The position numbers and the translations under genes are program-made. Below the pieces are notes generated by a model, which searched no databases, was not told the origin of the DNA, and saw only the letters and a list, made by a program, of their open reading frames with translations. A DNA stretch of 63,666 bases, filler included, from Chiloscyllium plagiosum (taxonomy: Eukaryota): the NCBI RefSeq assembly GCF_004010195.1. It is 4 parts of one record of this genome, joined end to end, with 100 filler letters (N's around TTAATTAATTAA, not from the genome) between each part and the next. Parts side by side here need not be neighbours in the genome. Positions count along the whole stretch, not along the records: positions 60,834 to 63,666 come from NC_057712.1; 3 more parts are not named here. The stretch is one strand, 5' to 3'. Positions 62,225 to 63,666 of the stretch are shown here, piece by piece (within the stretch, counting starts at the first letter, position 1; each line of letters opens with the position of its first letter).

Positions 62225-62705
62225 TTTGCATTTGATCTCCCAAAGGGCAGCACCTCACACTTGCTGGATTAAATTCCAACTACCATTTCTCCACCCATAT
62301 CTGCAACGGATCTACAGCCCGCTGTATCCTTTGACAATCTTCTACACTATTAACAATTCCACTGATCTTACTAACCCACACTTCTACATTTTATCCAAAT
62401 CATTTATATATATCACAAACATCAGAGGTCCAGTATGGATCCCTGCGGAACACCACTAGTCGTCGACCTCCAGCCTGAAAATCACCTTTCCAACACTACC
62501 CTCTGCCTTCTATGGGCAAGCCAATTCTGAATCCACACAACCAAGCCATAGTGGATCCCATGCATATTAAGCTTCTGGATAAGCCTACAATGGGGGACCT
62601 TGTCAAAAGCCTTACTAAAATCCATGTAGACAACATCCACTGCTCTACCCACATCAGTCATCCTTGTCACCTCCTCAATAAATTCAATCAAATTAGTAAG
62701 ACATG
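62225..62705 (-). mobile_element. CR1 LINE RT fragment
   Basis: ORF 62482..62691 VDVVYMDFSKAFDKVPH. Confidence 0.85.
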
Positions 62706-63666
62706 ATCATGCCATCTATCCCTAATTAGACCATGCTTTTCCAAATGTATTTAAGTGCTAGCCCTGAGAATAGCTTCCCAAACACCGATGTTCTGGATGT
62801 GTTAAACGTTTTGTGTGTTGTTGGAGCTATATTGATCCAGCTAAGTGTGGAGTATTCCATCACATTCCTGAATTTGGCTTTGTACATGATGGACAGATTG
62901 TATCATACCATGTGACCAAATGGAATAAATTTCACATAGCATTTTACTTGGAAAATGGGAGCTATGATATTGTAATAGGAGGATGCTTCTCTGTTGTAAC
63001 TTAACAGCTTTATGCTAATCCAATTACATAGCTGAGTAATGTAATGGTTTTATAAATAATAGTTAATTCTAATAAATGTCTGATGAACTCTTCAAATGCA
63101 CAACTAGTTTTTTATGCTATGGTAGATAACGTCAAAGAATTTGAACAGAGTTTGAGTTTCTCATCCTTAAGCAACATTCCTGTGAGTATAGACAGCTATG
63201 GAAAATCTGTAGATAGGGTACCAATCACCAAGCGAACAGAAATAACTTATTTTAGTTAGTATGTGAGCTCTTACAAGCTAAGAGAAATTTCTAATATTGC
63301 CTTGTTTAGAAAAACGATTGAAGTGCACTCGTGACTTTGTGCACGAAGTTGGAAAGCTATAACGCTCTATTCCTGAAAAATGATCACAGAATAACAGAAC
63401 TGTTATGATTTTGAGTGGGAGCAGCGGCGAAGGTAAAAGTGAACCCGGGAGACTACAGCAAAGGTATGACAGTTTGTTTTAAAATTGCTTACCTGTAGCG
63501 GGCAGCGGTGTGTTTTTTTTTACTCTCTCTCCACAGAAAGAGCGGGAGCAGCAGAGGAAGTGACGGCAAGCAGAGGGCAGCCGGGAAGGAAAAGTGAGTA
63601 TATAAGTCAGGAATGCGGCTAAACTATCTGAGGTACTCCCACCCACCCTCCTCCTCTAACCTTCTT

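Overview
Eukaryotic, repeat-dominated sequence. HE1-type V-SINEs paired with CR1/HER1-like LINEs indicate a cartilaginous fish (shark) genome; this is an inference. The only host gene I can support is the 5' end of MRPS18A on the minus strand: a GC-rich promoter with ETS, YY1 and PBX-PREP motifs at about 21.26-21.33 kb, exon 1 at 21264-21099 and a 32-nt exon 2 at 14451-14420. I found no later exons in the window. Nearly all ORF-track entries are decayed transposon fragments, tandem-repeat artefacts or N-gap artefacts. Other mobile DNA includes Rex1/Babar, a second CR1/L2-group LINE with its own SINE, a young Tx1/L1-clade insertion with a perfect 14-bp target-site duplication (TSD), and RTE, Gypsy and Harbinger relics. 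The most striking feature is three Penelope-like element (PLE) families whose termini carry minimal hammerhead-ribozyme motifs (CTGANGA-A-stem II-GAAA-NN-TH). About 20 short copies are present. Many are TSD-flanked fold-back hairpins whose turning point sits at the ribozyme. Also present: a ~1.9-kb 37-bp minisatellite, a degenerate tRNA-Arg-like sequence with a CTA anticodon, and three artificial 100-bp scaffold linkers. All calls are by eye; TE boundaries are approximate.
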